Made by a program: the position numbers and the translations under genes
Notes under the pieces: generated by a model
Told to the model about the DNA's origin: nothing
Databases searched by the model: none
The model's input: the letters and a program-made list of their open reading frames with translations, nothing else
Source of the DNA: Patescibacteria group bacterium UBA3531
GTDB taxonomy: Bacteria; Patescibacteriota; Minisyncoccia; Phycocordibacterales; UBA3531
Assembly: GCA_002376885.1 (NCBI GenBank)
Contig: DFOW01000001.1
Span: forward strand, 79,381-143,380
DNA: 64,000 nt
Direction: 5' to 3'
Shown here: positions 28,980 to 38,403 of the stretch, one piece after another
Layout of the letters: every line of letters begins with the position of its first letter
Numbering within the stretch: position 1 is the stretch's first letter

Positions 28980-28987
28980 AAAAAAAC

Positions 28988-30943
28988 CTATTTCTCTAGC
29001 TCCGCCAGTTTCTCCAAGTAATCCAAGATCGTGTGAATATACTCTGCGTGGCTCCAGGTTAGTGGGGCAACAGATAATTGTTCCCCAGTATACGGATCAA
29101 ATTGTTCTGCCAAGATTCCAGAACGAGGCGCGCGCTTAAAAATCCAGTCTAATTTTTTTTCAACTTCTTTTAGATCTTTGACTGTTTTTGCTTTAGCAAT
29201 TTCGTATTGATACATCCACAACGTAGTAATAATCCACGGATTTGGAATCTCTGCACGTCTATGGTATTGATCTCCTTCATATCTAATTGCACCACCAATA
29301 TCACCCTCATGGATCACACAACAAGGACCCTCCTGAAGCTGTGCAAACCCTTCTTGGTTTTTTGGATCATCTACCGGCAATACCCCAAACCGAAACGGAC
29401 CATAAAAACTACTGATGTCGTGTGTTCTGTCATAGGTAGGTTCTTTTGTTCGGTAGTCAATAAGTTTATAGAAAAATTTCTCATCTTTATTATAAAGATG
29501 TTTTTTAATAGCTGACTTTACAGCACTTGCTCCGTCTTTATATTTTTTGGCATCGAGCTTTTTACCAAGTGTCTCTGCAAAATTTGATGCAGCCATAAGC
29601 CCCGCATACACTACTGATGAAGAGTATGCTGTTGTTCCAAATTTCTCTTCCCATAAGTCATAGCTTCCGTATGGTAAGCCTGTCTTTTCGTCTCGATAAA
29701 AGTAGAGGAAATCTGCAGCTTTTTTAATGAACGAATTATAAATCTTTTCTATAAACTCAAGATCTTTTCTTCTTTTATAGTGCTCCCATAGGGCATATAA
29801 AATAATTGCTGTTTCATCTTCTTGGATTGCTAACTGTTTTTTGCCTTCATATACCCATGGATGCCAACTACTTCCAAGCGATCCATCGGGGCTAAATTTA
29901 TGATTCAAATATCCTTCCTCACTTATTACTTGATTACAAAATTCATAGAAACGTTTGGTGGTATCAAAATACCCAAGACGATCAAAAGCAGTTGCTGTTA
30001 CCCCTGCATCTCGCGGCCACATATATGCATATGTATCGTGCCCATGATGAGAAATATCAGAGTCCCCTGATGCAATGATAGACCCTCGCTTATCAACATG
30101 CGTTTGCATAATAAGGAGTGATTTTTTAAAAAGCGAAACAAGCTTTGCATCAAGCCCATTAAAATCAAGATCAACTTTATTAACCCACGCATGCCAATAG
30201 TCTCGTGTTGTTTGAATAAGATGCTCGGGAGTTTTTATATGGATATAGTTATGTATCCCCTTTACCTCATGAATTGTATTGGATGACACAACCCAATAAT
30301 GGATTACTGATTCTCCGTCACCTTTTATTTCTGTTTCAAATGATATTGTTGAATCAACAGAACCATGTTGGATAGGATTATTTGAAAGGTTTCCATCTTC
30401 AGCATCCTTCCATGTTCCTTCTTTTCCTTGAGTTTGATAAAGGCCAATACCATATTCTTTAAATGGCTTTCCATCCATTTTCCCCGAAACCAAAAAATTT
30501 GTTTTATTACGGTAATGAATAATAGCAGTCAAATCTGGATCGTAATATGCAGTATGACCGCCGTCGTCTTCTCCTTGAAATTGCTGGTTGAAAAATATTT
30601 TAAATGAACGCGTACGTGGCATGGTATTTTTTACCGACACCTTCCGCAAAAAAATATTTTGCTCGTTATAGATTGCGTCACTAAAATTAAGCTCAATACC
30701 AAGAGCCTTGTGTCGTGCTCGAATAGAAGAAACCATGGTTTCTTTTTCGTAATCAATAACGGTCTCCCACCCTGGACCAGAAAGCCAACTCATGTTGCCA
30801 TCTACCCATACACCAATTTTGTGTTGTCGGCCTCCTGTATGGTTTTCTTGCCCAACATACGGATAGAAAAAATCACATACTTGCGCACAATTATCGTATG
30901 CAATTAACATTTCTCCATTACCCAATACTAAAGAGCGAGGCAT
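28988..30943 (-). CDS. Glycoside hydrolase family 15 (glucoamylase/glucodextranase-like)
   Basis: 651 aa. N-terminal SLVLGNGEMLIAYDNCAQVCDFFYPYVG beta-sandwich followed by an (alpha/alpha)6 catalytic region (WPRDAG...). Architecture typical of bacterial/archaeal GH15. Confidence 0.8.
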   Translation of the reverse strand: MPRSLVLGNGEMLIAYDNCAQVCDFFYPYVGQENHTGGRQHKIGVWVDGNMSWLSGPGWETVIDYEKETMVSSIRARHKALGIELNFSDAIYNEQNIFLRKVSVKNTMPRTRSFKIFFNQQFQGEDDGGHTAYYDPDLTAIIHYRNKTNFLVSGKMDGKPFKEYGIGLYQTQGKEGTWKDAEDGNLSNNPIQHGSVDSTISFETEIKGDGESVIHYWVVSSNTIHEVKGIHNYIHIKTPEHLIQTTRDYWHAWVNKVDLDFNGLDAKLVSLFKKSLLIMQTHVDKRGSIIASGDSDISHHGHDTYAYMWPRDAGVTATAFDRLGYFDTTKRFYEFCNQVISEEGYLNHKFSPDGSLGSSWHPWVYEGKKQLAIQEDETAIILYALWEHYKRRKDLEFIEKIYNSFIKKAADFLYFYRDEKTGLPYGSYDLWEEKFGTTAYSSSVVYAGLMAASNFAETLGKKLDAKKYKDGASAVKSAIKKHLYNKDEKFFYKLIDYRTKEPTYDRTHDISSFYGPFRFGVLPVDDPKNQEGFAQLQEGPCCVIHEGDIGGAIRYEGDQYHRRAEIPNPWIITTLWMYQYEIAKAKTVKDLKEVEKKLDWIFKRAPRSGILAEQFDPYTGEQLSVAPLTWSHAEYIHTILDYLEKLAELEK

Positions 30944-30965
30944 AGTGTTTTAATTGTAACGTAGA

Positions 30966-32213
30966 TTAAAGTGCTGCGTCTACCGCATTAACACCCGCAA
31001 GTGGAGATTTTTTATTGTGGTGATTGTTTATTCGCAACTTTAAATCCTGAACTGCATTCATGTACGTAATAAATGCGTCATACGGTGTTTCGTAAGGATT
31101 GAAGTATTTATGAACATCGCCATCAGCAAACCATTTGGTACACATGTAGTAAAAATGGTCTGAAGTTTGCAGTTTTCTCCAGTCATGGATTAAGTCTTCG
31201 TCTTCTGTCTCAAGCACTGCATGTTCTAATTCATAAATCTTTTTTGCAGAATCGTGTTGGAGCGGGTTTGAAAGCCATGCAGAAAGGTCTCGCTCGATAT
31301 CTGCCCACGAATAAAACTCTGGGGCATCAATTTCATCTGTTGGTTCAAACCGAGCAGCTGCCTCGCTTGGAGTTATAAAGTAATTATGAGGATTTTTTAG
31401 AAGTTCGGCTGGTAATTGTTCTAGAAACTCAAAGATTCCTGTGTCTTCCCACTGATGCTCACCAAAGGTTTCATAGTCCATAAACAAATTAATAATTTCA
31501 GCAGAATCATTTTTTGCACCAACCCATTGGCCAAATTTTGAAACTGTCAGAGGGTGCTCTCCCCATTCTTTTGAAGAAAAGCGAAATGCAATATCGTCGG
31601 AGAGTTTATAGTTTTTTAAAAGAAGCGCTAAGTTTTTTCCTCCTTTTGGTTTATATACAAAGTCCGGACTTCGCCATCCTAAAATATGATCCGCACCTTC
31701 TGCTAAAATTCCCTTGTAGCCCATCTCTTCAATTTTTTGAGCAAGGTCATTGTTGTAAATAAGTTCAGTGTTACGGAAGACTTTCGGCTCTATATTAAAG
31801 AGTCGTTTGATAATATCTTTGTGTTTTTGTACCTGTCGTTCAAATTCTTTTTCAGAAAAAATATAGGAAAGCGAGTGATAATATGTCTCGTTTAAAAGTT
31901 CAACTTGGCCTGTTGCAACAAGATCTTGAAATGATTTTAAAACTTCTGGTGCAAACTCCTCGAACTGTTCAAGTGCAACTCCTGAAATTGAATAACTTAC
32001 TTTAAATTCTGGATGCTTTTTTAAAAGTTTGAGAATCGCCTTATTGGTGGGTAGATAGCATTTGTTGGCTACCTTATTTAAGACCCATTCATTATTAAGG
32101 TTTCCGTTTTCGTCTCCGTTAAAGTAGTTTTGGTCATTCCCTACATCAAAAAACCTATATTTTTTTACTCGATAGGGTTGATGAACCTGAAAGTAAAAAC
32201 AAATAGCTGACAT
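30966..32213 (-). CDS. Glycoside hydrolase family 57 (alpha-amylase / branching-enzyme-like)
   Basis: N-terminal FYFQVHQPYR motif characteristic of GH57, 415 aa. Confidence 0.75.
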   Translation of the reverse strand: MSAICFYFQVHQPYRVKKYRFFDVGNDQNYFNGDENGNLNNEWVLNKVANKCYLPTNKAILKLLKKHPEFKVSYSISGVALEQFEEFAPEVLKSFQDLVATGQVELLNETYYHSLSYIFSEKEFERQVQKHKDIIKRLFNIEPKVFRNTELIYNNDLAQKIEEMGYKGILAEGADHILGWRSPDFVYKPKGGKNLALLLKNYKLSDDIAFRFSSKEWGEHPLTVSKFGQWVGAKNDSAEIINLFMDYETFGEHQWEDTGIFEFLEQLPAELLKNPHNYFITPSEAAARFEPTDEIDAPEFYSWADIERDLSAWLSNPLQHDSAKKIYELEHAVLETEDEDLIHDWRKLQTSDHFYYMCTKWFADGDVHKYFNPYETPYDAFITYMNAVQDLKLRINNHHNKKSPLAGVNAVDAAL

Positions 32214-32215
32214 AG

Positions 32216-33484
32216 TTATGCAAGAGAAGGGCCCGTTAGGTTTTCATATAATACCATACATTTTTGAGCGGCTTTTTTCCACGAAAGCAGTTTAGCCTCT
32301 TGTTTTCCATTCTCTGCTAGGTGTTTACCAAGCGGGGGGTGCTCAAGTGTTGAAATTATTTTGTTTGCCATCTCGTCGGTGTCCCAAAAATCTACTTTGA
32401 GTGCATGTTGCAAAACCTCGGAAACTCCACTTTGTTTTGAAATAAGAACAGGTGTGTCTTGTAAAAGCGCCTCAAGCGGAACAATTCCAAACGGTTCCGA
32501 AACACTTGGCATAACAAATAAATCTGAAAGATGAAAAATCTTTTTTTGATCTTCTCCGCGCAAGAATCCTGTAAAGATGACTTTGTCAGAAAGTCCCATA
32601 TAACTTGCCTCTTTCATCATTTGTCGTTCCATGTCTCCAGAACCGGTCATTAAAAACAAAACATTTTTTTTGTATGTGTCGGTTACTTTTTTAGCAGCCC
32701 GAATAAAGTAATCTGGCCCTTTTTGGAGGGTAATGCGTCCCAAAAAAGAAACAATTTTAAATCCATGTTTTTTGAATTCGTTAAGATCGTTCTCAAGTTT
32801 TTTGGCATTTATCTTTTCTTCCTGAACACCGTTGTGAACTACTTCTACTTTTTCTGGTTTGATTCCGTAATGCTGAATTACTTTGTTTCGTGTGTATTCT
32901 GAAACAGCAATTATTTTGTCAGCTTTTTGAAGTCCTTCTTTTTCTATTTCATATTCACTTCCCATAACCCCAAGACCACTGTAACGATCAAAAACAGTAT
33001 TGTGAATGTGTACCACAAGCGGTTTTCCTGTCTCTTTTTTTGCATTGACTCCCGCGCAAAAAGTAAGCCAGTCGTGCGCATGAATGACATCAAAATCTTG
33101 TTCTTTGGCAATCTCTTTTGCTTCTTTGGCGTATTGATTTACCTGATGAAATAATGTGTTCCCATAACGCTTCTGTTCTTCTTCAGTAAGTTTACTAAAC
33201 GCATCCCTGTATTCGGCGTCATTGATGTATGCATTTAAAAGTGCCTTTGTAAACGACTCGTCACTAACCTCACCATCTGCAAATATAAAATTAAGGTGTT
33301 CAGCCTTTAGGGGAACTTTTTTAGGGAGCACAAAATCTATATCGGCACCCTCTTTTGCAAGAGCCATCGTTAAACCCTCACAAGCAACACCAAGACCCCC
33401 ACTGTTATGGGGTGGGAATTCCCAACCGAACATGAGTATTTTCATTGGTAGGTATTCACGCTTAAACAGAGCCTTCACTCCCAA
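32216..33484 (-). CDS. GT-B glycosyltransferase (glycogen/alpha-glucan synthase-like)
   Basis: N-terminal KILMFGWEFPPHNSGGLGVACEGLTMALAKEG resembles the starch/glycogen synthase donor-binding motif. GT4/GT5-type C-terminal domain. Adjacent to the GH57 and GH15 genes. Confidence 0.75.
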   Translation of the reverse strand: MGVKALFKREYLPMKILMFGWEFPPHNSGGLGVACEGLTMALAKEGADIDFVLPKKVPLKAEHLNFIFADGEVSDESFTKALLNAYINDAEYRDAFSKLTEEEQKRYGNTLFHQVNQYAKEAKEIAKEQDFDVIHAHDWLTFCAGVNAKKETGKPLVVHIHNTVFDRYSGLGVMGSEYEIEKEGLQKADKIIAVSEYTRNKVIQHYGIKPEKVEVVHNGVQEEKINAKKLENDLNEFKKHGFKIVSFLGRITLQKGPDYFIRAAKKVTDTYKKNVLFLMTGSGDMERQMMKEASYMGLSDKVIFTGFLRGEDQKKIFHLSDLFVMPSVSEPFGIVPLEALLQDTPVLISKQSGVSEVLQHALKVDFWDTDEMANKIISTLEHPPLGKHLAENGKQEAKLLSWKKAAQKCMVLYENLTGPSLA

Positions 33485-33604
33485 GGCTCACTTTCAATTT
33501 TATCATGTGAATCATTAAAAATTGGCTCAACAAAGGCGCCTAAATGTGTATATCTTACTAAAAAAGTATGAAAGTTGGTTCAAATATCGTGCTAAAATGA
33601 CGTC

Positions 33605-34501
33605 ATGGGAGAATTTAGTGTTATTTTGCAAGAAATTATAAGCTCTCTTGGGTTTCGAGAGCTTTTAGACATTGTTATTGTTGCTACTCTTATTTATCTT
33701 GGACTTATTTTTATTCGAGAAACACGTTCATTTTTTATTTTCAGTACGCTTTTAATCCTCTCTGGTGTTGTATATCTTTCAGAACTTATCGATTTAGGAT
33801 TAACACGTCAATTGTTTCAACCATTTCTTACCTTTTTCCTTTTGATAATTGTTATTGTCTTTCAAAAAGAAATTAGAAGGTTTTTTGAGTGGTTTTCTAT
33901 TCCAAAAGAAGGGCTTCTACGTTTTAAACGCAACAAAAACACTGCTGGACTTGCACAAAAAATATCTCAAGCAGTAAATGCAATGATAAAAGAACACGTG
34001 GGTGCACTTATTGTACTTGCTGGAGTACATCCTCTTGAACACTCTATTGAGGGGGGTATTGAACTTGGGGGGAAGGTGTCGGTCCCTCTTCTGCTTTCAA
34101 TTTTCAATACTGAAACCCCAGGACATGATGGCGCAGTCATTATTGAAGATGGAAAAATAAAGTATTTTGGTGCGCACTTACCACTTGCCCAAAAAGTTGA
34201 GGGGCTCACGCGCGCTGGTACTCGTCACCGTGCCGCAACAGGACTCACTGAAGAAACCGATGCCCTTGTAATTGTTGTCTCTGAAGAGCGCGGAATTGTA
34301 TCACTTGCACAAAATGGACATATTAAACAAGTTTCAAAAGATGTTTTCATCGACAGGGTCTCTAGTTTTATTCGAGAACAAGCGATACAAAAAAATGACA
34401 AGTCCAGATGGTGGGATTACCTACTAATAGAGAATTGGATTGAAAAATTAATTAGTATTATTTTTGCTCTTGTTCTTTGGATAGTGTTTATCTTTTATTG
34501 A
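33605..34501 (+). CDS. cdaA: Diadenylate cyclase (c-di-AMP synthase), membrane-anchored CdaA type
   Basis: Three N-terminal TM helices. DisA_N motifs GALIVL, TPGHDGAVII, AGTRHRAATGLTEETDALVIVVSEERG. Confidence 0.85.
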   Translation: MGEFSVILQEIISSLGFRELLDIVIVATLIYLGLIFIRETRSFFIFSTLLILSGVVYLSELIDLGLTRQLFQPFLTFFLLIIVIVFQKEIRRFFEWFSIPKEGLLRFKRNKNTAGLAQKISQAVNAMIKEHVGALIVLAGVHPLEHSIEGGIELGGKVSVPLLLSIFNTETPGHDGAVIIEDGKIKYFGAHLPLAQKVEGLTRAGTRHRAATGLTEETDALVIVVSEERGIVSLAQNGHIKQVSKDVFIDRVSSFIREQAIQKNDKSRWWDYLLIENWIEKLISIIFALVLWIVFIFY

Positions 34502-35385
34502 ATACATTCGTTGAATGCACGGACTTGTGTATTGTAAGTATTTGTTAATTGCTTTGTTTGTGCAATAAGATCGTTATACGTTGCCACATAACCGTTGTAT
34601 ACTTCCACCTTCTGATTATAGACACTCCCCCTTTTTGGACTAAATGAATTGAGCTCTGCCTGGAGTGAATCAAGAGTATCTGCAAGTCCGTTGAGTTCAA
34701 TCTTATTGTTTTCAATCTGGTTTGCTAGGGTACTGTTTATAAAGGGGCAATCAGACCTGGGTCTTCCAAATTCTTGTACTGCAAGCCATGTTTCTCTTCC
34801 TTCATAAACTCCTCTTTTAACTGATATACCAATCTCAGTAAAATTATCACTTAAAATATTTGCCCGGTGGCCGGGGCTATTCATCCAGGCCTGGACAAGC
34901 GCTTCATCATTTTCAAAATTCCCAAGGGCTAGATTTTCTCCAACAGATAAATAGTTGTACCCGACTTGTTCCATAATACCGTCTACACCAACACCATTTG
35001 GAGAGACATGTTCAAAATATTGATTGGTAAACATATCATCTACTTTTATCTCAGCTCCAACCGAAAGCGTTTCATCTAACAAGAGAGGGGGAAGATCACT
35101 GTTAGCGCGCTGGATATTTGTCCAAGCAAATACTCCTCCAACGGTTAAATCTGCGTTTGGATCACCAAAGTCAAAAAAAGTAACGAGCGGTTCAGGAAGG
35201 GAAAAAGTTTCTTTTGGGGTTTCTCCCTTCTCTTCCTTTACCGCGACAATTTCTCCAATATCATTGAGTGCTTCTTGTGTGTTTTCCGGAAGTGAGAAGT
35301 TAGAATCATTTTTTATAAACTCTCCAATAAAAAAACCTCCCCCAAGGAGGATCACAACCAAAAGAGTTGTTGCAAGCTTACTCAT
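34495..35385 (-). CDS. Secreted CAP-domain (SCP/PR-1/YkwD-like) protein with a C-terminal coiled region
   Basis: HVSPNG, GENLA, WMNSPGHRANIL motifs of CAP domains. N-terminal TM/signal. Confidence 0.7.
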   Translation of the reverse strand: MSKLATTLLVVILLGGGFFIGEFIKNDSNFSLPENTQEALNDIGEIVAVKEEKGETPKETFSLPEPLVTFFDFGDPNADLTVGGVFAWTNIQRANSDLPPLLLDETLSVGAEIKVDDMFTNQYFEHVSPNGVGVDGIMEQVGYNYLSVGENLALGNFENDEALVQAWMNSPGHRANILSDNFTEIGISVKRGVYEGRETWLAVQEFGRPRSDCPFINSTLANQIENNKIELNGLADTLDSLQAELNSFSPKRGSVYNQKVEVYNGYVATYNDLIAQTKQLTNTYNTQVRAFNECIQ

Positions 35386-35407
35386 AACTAAAGTATATCA
35401 CGAGGTA

Positions 35408-35435
35408 TTTGACAAACTTTTTGGTACGTCTAGTA
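35408..35435 (+). promoter_or_regulatory. Sigma70-like promoter TTGACA-N16-TAGTAT upstream of the IclR-like gene
   Basis: Read directly; low-GC promoter immediately followed by a high-GC coding patch. Confidence 0.45.
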
Positions 35436-35490
35436 TGGAAATCAGAATTGGGGGGATGGGCCGTGTGCCCAAAAGGAGCTCGGAAAGCAA

Positions 35491-35964
35491 ATGCCGAAAG
35501 CAGCCGAAGAGTACATGATCGAGACGCTCGCCCGAGGGATGAGGGTCTTCGCCCTCATCGCAACGAGTCCCTCGAACAGCATCGGGGTGACCGAGATCGC
35601 GACGACGTTGGATCTTCAAAAGAACAACGTCTTCCGGATCCTGAAGACGCTCGAGGTGGAAGGCTTGGTCTCCCACAACGGCGAGACCGATGCCGACAAG
35701 TGCCGCTACGGGCTGGGGCCCAAGGCCATCGAGCTCGGCGAGTGGCTCCTCATCCACGCCGACAAGACCGTGGTCGAGGTGGTCGAGTTCTTCAAGGGAG
35801 CCGATGGGCCGGGGAGCGTGAAGCTCACGGCAACAGCTCGCGTCGAGAACCGTGACGACGTCGAGGAGGACCTCCGGATGGAGGCGAGCGAGCTCGCCGG
35901 ACGTCTGGCGGTCACGCCCGACGAGGGGCTCGAAGTCGTTCCCGCAACCGGGACCGACGGCTAG
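35491..35964 (+). CDS. Truncated IclR-family transcriptional regulator (N-terminal HTH only), in a high-GC patch
   Basis: VFALIATSPSNSIGVTEIATTLDLQKNNVFRILKTLEVEGLVS matches the IclR HTH_IclR domain. GC-rich codons. Followed by a GC-rich hairpin plus ttctttct. Confidence 0.6.
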   Translation: MPKAAEEYMIETLARGMRVFALIATSPSNSIGVTEIATTLDLQKNNVFRILKTLEVEGLVSHNGETDADKCRYGLGPKAIELGEWLLIHADKTVVEVVEFFKGADGPGSVKLTATARVENRDDVEEDLRMEASELAGRLAVTPDEGLEVVPATGTDG

Positions 35965-36015
35965 AGCTACGAAAGAGGGAGGCCACTGGGAGACCGGTGG
36001 CCTTCTTTCTATTAC

Positions 36016-36402
36016 TTATTCTGTGGTAACCCCGTCAAAATGTTCCTCTTTTTCTTCTGCTTTTGTTGGGTGAACTGTTTGATCTTTGTGTTCAGGAGGC
36101 GAATAAATACTGTAAAGTTTTAAATCGTTATCACTAGTATTGATTACATTGTGTTTTGTTCCTTGTGGAATAACTACCGCCATCTCTGCATAAACATCAT
36201 GTTCCACATCATCCAAAATCACCTTTCCTTTTCCCTCTTCAAACCGAATAAACTGATCGAGCTCATGCACCTCCTCTCCAATCTCGTCTCCTGGTTTTAT
36301 GGTCATCAATACTAATTGACTGTTTTTTGATGTATACAGGACCCTTCTGTAATCTTTATTTTCTTTGGTTTCTTTTTCTATGTTTGCTATATATCCTTTC
36401 AT
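36016..36402 (-). CDS. Cupin-fold protein
   Basis: 128 aa. Metal-site-like pattern G.E.G.E.H....F..E (GDEIGEEVHELDQFIRFEEG) and a second cupin motif PQGTKHNVIN. Confidence 0.65.
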   Translation of the reverse strand: MKGYIANIEKETKENKDYRRVLYTSKNSQLVLMTIKPGDEIGEEVHELDQFIRFEEGKGKVILDDVEHDVYAEMAVVIPQGTKHNVINTSDNDLKLYSIYSPPEHKDQTVHPTKAEEKEEHFDGVTTE

Positions 36403-36408
36403 TAAAGT

Positions 36409-36735
36409 TTATTCATTATCTTCTAATCGTTTCCCCCATTGCCAACGCGGTTTTTCTCCTGTTGCGTATGCAATCCGTATAAATAAAAGTGTGAGAACAA
36501 TAAGTGGAAGAAACACCCGAAGCATAAATTCATCGTCACTCACATATTCTGCTGAATAGCCAAGCATTCCCATTACTCCAATATACAAAAAAGTTACAAG
36601 CCATCCTTCCCACGATGAGGGATACCAACCCCATCCAAAAAGCTTTCGTTTAAACCAAAGCTTTTTTTGTATTGTGTCCTTAGACGGTGTCGCGTCGTTC
36701 GGTGTCATAATCTTCTTGTGCATCAGCCTCAACAA
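36409..36735 (-). CDS. Hypothetical small membrane protein
   Basis: Two or three hydrophobic helices; no motif recognised. Confidence 0.45.
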   Translation of the reverse strand: MLRLMHKKIMTPNDATPSKDTIQKKLWFKRKLFGWGWYPSSWEGWLVTFLYIGVMGMLGYSAEYVSDDEFMLRVFLPLIVLTLLFIRIAYATGEKPRWQWGKRLEDNE

Positions 36736-37231
36736 GACCTTTTAATTGTTCTGCTCGCCACCCCACCAAATTAATAGCAATTTGAATAAGAGACGAAAAT
36801 CCTGCTACTGCCAACACAAAAATTGGGAACCATAAATATGGCGTTGCAAAAAAGAAGAAAGAAACAAACAAGGAAAGCCACATACCAATACACCATGGGC
36901 ACGACAACAGGTCTGAAATTGTTCGTCTAATACCATCTTTGTACACTGCCCTGACGGTAATAATGTTTCCATCTTCGTCTTTTTTGATTGTTTTTTGTAC
37001 AAAAAAGTCCCGGAAGAACCTAAACACACTGTCATACACCACTAATCGAGTAAGTCTGAAGATGGCAAGTGTAATAATAACCGTATCAAAAAAAGAAATT
37101 GATTCTGGAATTCTGTCGAGTTCATTCAATGCATACACGGCTCCCACAAACAAAACCATAAAGAAGCTGGTAAGGATAAAGCTCCATATATTTTGATTAT
37201 TTTTATGGGTTGTTTTTGTGATAACACTCAT
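36680..37231 (-). CDS. Hypothetical membrane protein with a CPWC motif
   Basis: 183 aa, multiple TM helices, LLSCPWCIGMWLSLF motif. Overlaps the previous ORF; the true start may be internal. Confidence 0.45.
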   Translation of the reverse strand: MSVITKTTHKNNQNIWSFILTSFFMVLFVGAVYALNELDRIPESISFFDTVIITLAIFRLTRLVVYDSVFRFFRDFFVQKTIKKDEDGNIITVRAVYKDGIRRTISDLLSCPWCIGMWLSLFVSFFFFATPYLWFPIFVLAVAGFSSLIQIAINLVGWRAEQLKGLVEADAQEDYDTERRDTV

Positions 37232-37254
37232 ATAAAAAGTATATCGTATTACTG

Positions 37255-38394
37255 TTAGTTACTAAATTGGGATGGATTTAGACGAATAATTTTGTCATCA
37301 CCAGGGCGGACGCTCCCCCTCCCATCACGATTACTGGTTGTAATATAAAGCATTCCATCTGGACCAGCAACCGTTGTCCTGATCCTTCCAAATTCTCCCT
37401 TAAAGTGCTCTTTTAATTCTATAGAGCCTGGCAGAATAATTGCTTCATAAAGCGCCTCGCCACGCAAACCTCCAAAAAAGATACTTCCGTTTAAATACGT
37501 TGCGCTTGCTGGGGCCCACGTTACATTAGGACCAGAATGAAGAGCGGGTGGGGTAGTACCAGGCAAAACAGTGTCCCCCTCACTTTCTGGCCAACCATAA
37601 TTCCCTCCACGAACAATTTTATTTAACTCATCAAGCCCCGAACGAACACCTGAACGCCCATGTTCGGTACTCCACAAATTGTTAGCGTCGTCCCACGTTA
37701 ATCCTTGTGGGTTTCTGTGACCATATGAATAGATTTCGTCTCCAAAAGGATTATCTTCTGGAATACTTCCATCGTCATGTACTCGTAGAATTTTACCCGA
37801 CAAGGAGGTTAAGTCTTGGGCAGATTCTGGTGTTGTTGCATCGCCAGTTGTGACATATAAGAGCCCATCTGGACCGAATGCCATTCTTCCTCCGTCATGA
37901 AATATTGCCCCGGGGATATCGTCGATAATTATTTTCTCATCAACAAGCTTACCGTTCTGATAAACAAATCGTGACACACGATTAAGTGTGGTGTTTGTGC
38001 TTGAATGTGTAAAGTAAAGATAAAGATACTTGTTTGTTTCAAACTCTGGGTGAAGCACAAGTCCCAAAAGTCCCCCTTCGCCACCTGATTTAATCCCAGG
38101 GATATTTATAACGTCCGTCTCTCCTGTTTTGGTATTGAGAAAAACTAAATTCCCAATACGTTCTGTTATCAAAAGCTCATCATTTGATAAAAAAGCAATA
38201 TCCCATGGAATAGTAAGGTTTTCTGCAATTATAGTTACCGGAGGGATAGTATTGTTTATCTTTTCCTTAACGGGTTCATTAGTAACAAGAGGAGGACCCT
38301 CTGCCTCTTCTGGCACACTAAAAAGTTGCTGATACCCCCAAGCCCCTGCCCCAACAATAAAAAGTAAAAGAATAAAAATAATTAGTTTTTTCAT
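37255..38394 (-). CDS. PQQ-dependent sugar dehydrogenase (soluble aldose/sorbosone dehydrogenase, YliI-like beta-propeller)
   Basis: LTIPWDIAFLSNDELLITERIGNL, GGLLGLVLHPEF, YLYFT, AFGPDGLLYVTTGD are characteristic GSDH blocks. Confidence 0.8.
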   Translation of the reverse strand: MKKLIIFILLLFIVGAGAWGYQQLFSVPEEAEGPPLVTNEPVKEKINNTIPPVTIIAENLTIPWDIAFLSNDELLITERIGNLVFLNTKTGETDVINIPGIKSGGEGGLLGLVLHPEFETNKYLYLYFTHSSTNTTLNRVSRFVYQNGKLVDEKIIIDDIPGAIFHDGGRMAFGPDGLLYVTTGDATTPESAQDLTSLSGKILRVHDDGSIPEDNPFGDEIYSYGHRNPQGLTWDDANNLWSTEHGRSGVRSGLDELNKIVRGGNYGWPESEGDTVLPGTTPPALHSGPNVTWAPASATYLNGSIFFGGLRGEALYEAIILPGSIELKEHFKGEFGRIRTTVAGPDGMLYITTSNRDGRGSVRPGDDKIIRLNPSQFSN

Positions 38395-38403
38395 ACACGC
38401 AAA

